Below are positions 60,442 through 64,000 of a DNA stretch of 64,000 nucleotides, one piece after another; position 1 is the stretch's first letter, and each line of letters starts with the position of its first letter. A program made the position numbers and the translations under genes. Origin of the DNA: the human T2T-CHM13v2.0 reference genome, Homo sapiens; assembly GCF_009914755.1 (NCBI RefSeq), contig NC_060947.1; one strand, given 5' to 3'. The notes beneath the pieces are model-generated. The model was not told the origin of the DNA, made no database searches, and saw only the letters and a program-made list of their open reading frames with translations.

Positions 60442-62799
60442 AAAATTCTTATTTTTTTTTAACTGCTGCTAGCCATTCTGTGTATTTCGGAAAGCCCCTC
60501 CCAAGTTGTCTCCTAAAGTCCACCCAGACATTGTTCCCATCTTTCTCCAGAGAAATCGTTCATTTTGTGTAGGTTTGCTTTTATTCATGTAAGGCTTTTT
60601 TGGGGGGAGGGGGGAGGGAGAAGCCAGCCAATTGCTGCGACAGGTATGGAGTGTGGTTGCTCCTACTCCCCGCCTACTGGGGCAGCAGGGCAGCAGGCAC
60701 AGCAAAGCTTCCTCAGCACTCAGTGCTAATAGACCCCGAGATTCCACGGAAGGTGTCCTGTGAGTGCGCACCCTACCCTCAGATTCACACGTTGAAAGCA
60801 GCCAATGACTGACAGACTGTCTTTTACAGGGTGATCTGCCAAAGCCACCAGTCTCTGCCTGATAAAAACAATCAGAGGTTTCCCTACTGAGAGTTGCTTG
60901 CCGCCTATTGGGGTCTCTCTTTATAAAATTGTGTGCAAAGCACCATGAAAATGTTTCCACCTCAAAATGGTCTGCTCTTTGGCATTTCACTTTTCCCTTT
61001 TAGGACATTTTTGCTCCTTTTCAACTGAAAAAAGTTACAAAGCTCTCATAGCCATTATAATAATGCATAAGCACCTCATAATATAAGCACATCACAGATT
61101 TTAACAATTATTTTAAGTGGTTAGTGTGAGATAGAAAACATTAAGGTGGCATGTCAGGGCTACTGCTATGTTCCAGGTTCTTCTATTACATTATGTCTCA
61201 GCTTTCTATGAGCTATGTTATTTACAAGGTAAAAGAATAACACCTAAGTTCATCCATTGCTTAAGTGAACCCAAACGTAGTTTGAGATCTGTAGGCCGGT
61301 TTAAATTGAGTCTGGTAAAGCTACTTCAGCCTGGAAAAGGAGAGAAGAAATGATAGACTGAGAATTTTTAAATATTTAAATATTCTCATTCCAATGTGCT
61401 AGCCATTTTACAAATGCATATATTAATATCTGCCTGTGTATTCCCTTGAGAGCTGGGCTGGAAAAGCGTTGCTATACTTTCTGGTTTGGTTTTGTTTTTA
61501 AACTGCCACAGTATCTTTACTTTTACAAACATAAAAGTATATATACTTATTTTAACAATGATCCTTTCCCACATGTTCTGTTTCCTCTTGTTTGTTTGCT
61601 TTTTTGTTTGCTTGTTTTGCTTTTTTTCTCGAGTCAGAATTAGCTAGTACTTTTGCTTAATCACTTCTCAGTATTTAACAAGGTTTCAGGACATGCAAGG
61701 GGAAGCTGTTTAATGCACGCTGGTGATGCCAAGGAGATTGTACAAGAGTATGTTGGCTTGTCCAGAATGTTTCTATCTTGAGTATTGCGTGCCTACTCTC
61801 CACATGCACTGTGCTGGGAGCGGGGATATAACAAATAACAAGATTGAGTTCCTTTCTTCAAAGAGCTGAAAGAAGATGCCATTATAATATTTCAAGTGAT
61901 AAAACAGATGTGTAAACACCCTGGGGACCAGGGAGGATCTAAAATGCGTGTCTAGAGCAGGCTTCCTGGAGGAGGTTACGCCTAAGCTAAGCCCATCACT
62001 TCTCACAAGTCCAAACTCCTGCAAGGGAGGGCAGGGGACTACAACTTGGCTGCTCACTCTGCAGCCCTTTCAGAAACAGCCCCAGTTTCTTATTAGTGCT
62101 GATTCGCACCAGCTTTTTCCCCAGAATAGAGGACAGGGCTCTAAAGAGTGCCCGGTAAATCCCTTCCAGCCTCAAATCAAATAAGTCACTGCAGAATATC
62201 ACATCCAGTAAACCTTGCCATTGTACCTCCAACAAAAAGAGAAGGGCTGCTTCTCAAAAAGAATACCACCCTCACAGCATGAGAGAGGCAGTTGCTCTAT
62301 GACAACGCCACTAGACAGCAAGGACAAATATGGGATTTCCAGGCATTAAATTAAAACCATCACGCACTTCACAAATAGCAACTTTTGGGTGAAGGTGCCA
62401 GCTACATTTTCTGATTGAGATGGGGAAATGTTTCTCAATGCACAGAGGAGCTGAAGAGTGCTGAACACCTGTGATAGGCTTTTCTGCCAGGCATTTCATC
62501 TATGTTGTCTCATTGGGGAGCCAACAACACTACAAGATAGTAATCCCATTTTGATGCTGGGGAAGCTAATGCTCCAGAAGGGTGACTTCCTCAAGGTCAT
62601 CAGGAAGTGACTAACTTAGTTTGATATGAATACAAGTCTGTATGACTGAAGTGTCAGACTCTTTCTACCATACCAGGCTGCCTCTGGGGCTCTTCTTTCT
62701 TGCAGTGTTTACAGTTTAGCTTACTGGTCTTGAAGTTAGATATTCTCCCACAGAACAGTAAGGAAAAGACAAAACAGCCTAATATCCAAGGGGCAAAAG

Positions 62800-63090
62800 G
62801 CTTGATCAGATACTTTGGAAAAGAAGATAGCCACAGGGCTAATGGCATGTGGAAAGGTGCCTAGTTTCAGACATCATGGAAATGTGAATTAAAATCAAAA
62901 TGAGATACCAGTACACACCCATCAGAATGGTAAAAAATTAAAAAGACCGGCAGTACTGAGTGTTGCTGAGGATATGGGGTAACTGGAGCTCTTATACATT
63001 GCTGGTGAGACTGTAAAATGTTATGATCACTTTGGGAAACAAACTAAATATATGCCTACTCTGTGATCCCAAAATTCCACCCATGAGTCT
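62800..63090 (+). mobile_element. Old L1M ORF2 3' fragment
   Basis: 'aattaaaatcaaaatgagataccagtacacacccatcagaatgg...cattgctggtgagactgtaaaatg'. Confidence 0.7.
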
Positions 63091-63223
63091 ATATACCCAG
63101 TGATGTGCTGGGGCTGGCTCCTACTGACTCCTGAAATCTGACTGGCCACATCTTTTCCAAACTCCCACTCCATTGGTAGAAGAAAAATGGCCATGGTGGG
63201 GTATTTACCAACACAAACCACAG

Positions 63224-64000
63224 CTTTTTTATTATTATTATTGTTATACTGTAAGTTCTAGGGTACATATGCACAACGTGCAGGCTAGTTACATAGGTAT
63301 ACACGTGACATGCTGACTTCACAACACCCATCAACCCGTCATTTACATTAGGTATTTCTCCCAGTGCCATCCCTCCCCTAGCCTCCCACCCCACGACAGG
63401 CCCTGGTGTGTGATGTTCCCACCCTGTGTCCAAGTGTTCTCATTATTTAATTCCCACCTATGAGTGAGAACATGCACTGTTTGGTTTTCTCTCCTTGTGA
63501 TAGTTTGCTGAGAGTAATGGTTTCCAGCTTCATCCATGTCCCTACAAAGGACATGAACTCATCTTTTTTGTGGCTCCATAGTATTCCATGGTGTATATGT
63601 GCCACATTTTCTTAATCCAGTCTATCATTGATGGACATTTGGGTTGGTTCCAAGTCTTTGCTGTTGTGAATAGTGCCGCAATAAACATACGGGTGCATGT
63701 GTCTTTATAGTAGCATGATTTATAATCCTTTGGGTATATACCCAGGAATGAGATCGCTGGATCAAAAGGTATTTCTACCTCTAGATCCCTGAGGAATCAC
63801 CACACTGACTTCCACAATGATTGAACTAGTTTACACTCCCACCAACAGTGTAAAAGTGTTCCTATTTCTCCACATCCTCTCCAGCACCTGTTGTTTTCTG
63901 ACTTTTTAATGATTGCCATTCTAACTGGTGTGAGATGGTATCTCATTGTGGTTTTGATTTGCATTTGTCTGATGACCAGTGATGATGAGCATTTTTCCAT
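63224..64000 (-). mobile_element. Primate L1PA 3' end (3'UTR and ORF2 C-terminus), continues past the window
   Basis: 'ttatactgtaagttctagggtacatatgcacaacgtgcagg...'; ORF 63797-64000 [34 protein letters not shown] is the ORF2 C-terminal region. Confidence 0.95.

Overview
Primate (almost certainly human, Xp22.11) genomic DNA containing the 5' end of PTCHD1. Coding exon 1 is at 40443-40793 (+, 117 codons, phase-0 GT donor) inside a ~3.5 kb CpG island, preceded by an interrupted GCC repeat. About 37 kb of repeat-rich intergenic DNA lies upstream and the first ~23 kb of intron 1 downstream. Intron 1 holds a sense-oriented, 5'-truncated HIKESHI processed pseudogene, an old L1M ORF1/ORF2 fragment, Alus, MER5/MER20 elements and an L1PA 3' end. 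Nearly all other ORF-track entries are Alu/L1/simple-repeat or GC-rich shadow ORFs. There are no prokaryotic systems, CRISPR arrays or recognisable tRNA/rRNA. The best untested hypotheses are: (1) a ~410-nt leader bracketed by a consensus donor and an acceptor abutting the PTCHD1 ATG, which contains the GCC repeat and candidate starts in all three frames (AUG poly-Arg, CUG poly-Ala, GUG poly-Pro), plus an antisense AUG poly-Gly ORF; (2) a cryptic in-frame terminal exon within the HIKESHI retrocopy; (3) a perfect 27-bp fold-back at that retrocopy's 5' junction. Repeat subfamily calls were made by eye from recalled consensus sequences and their boundaries are approximate.
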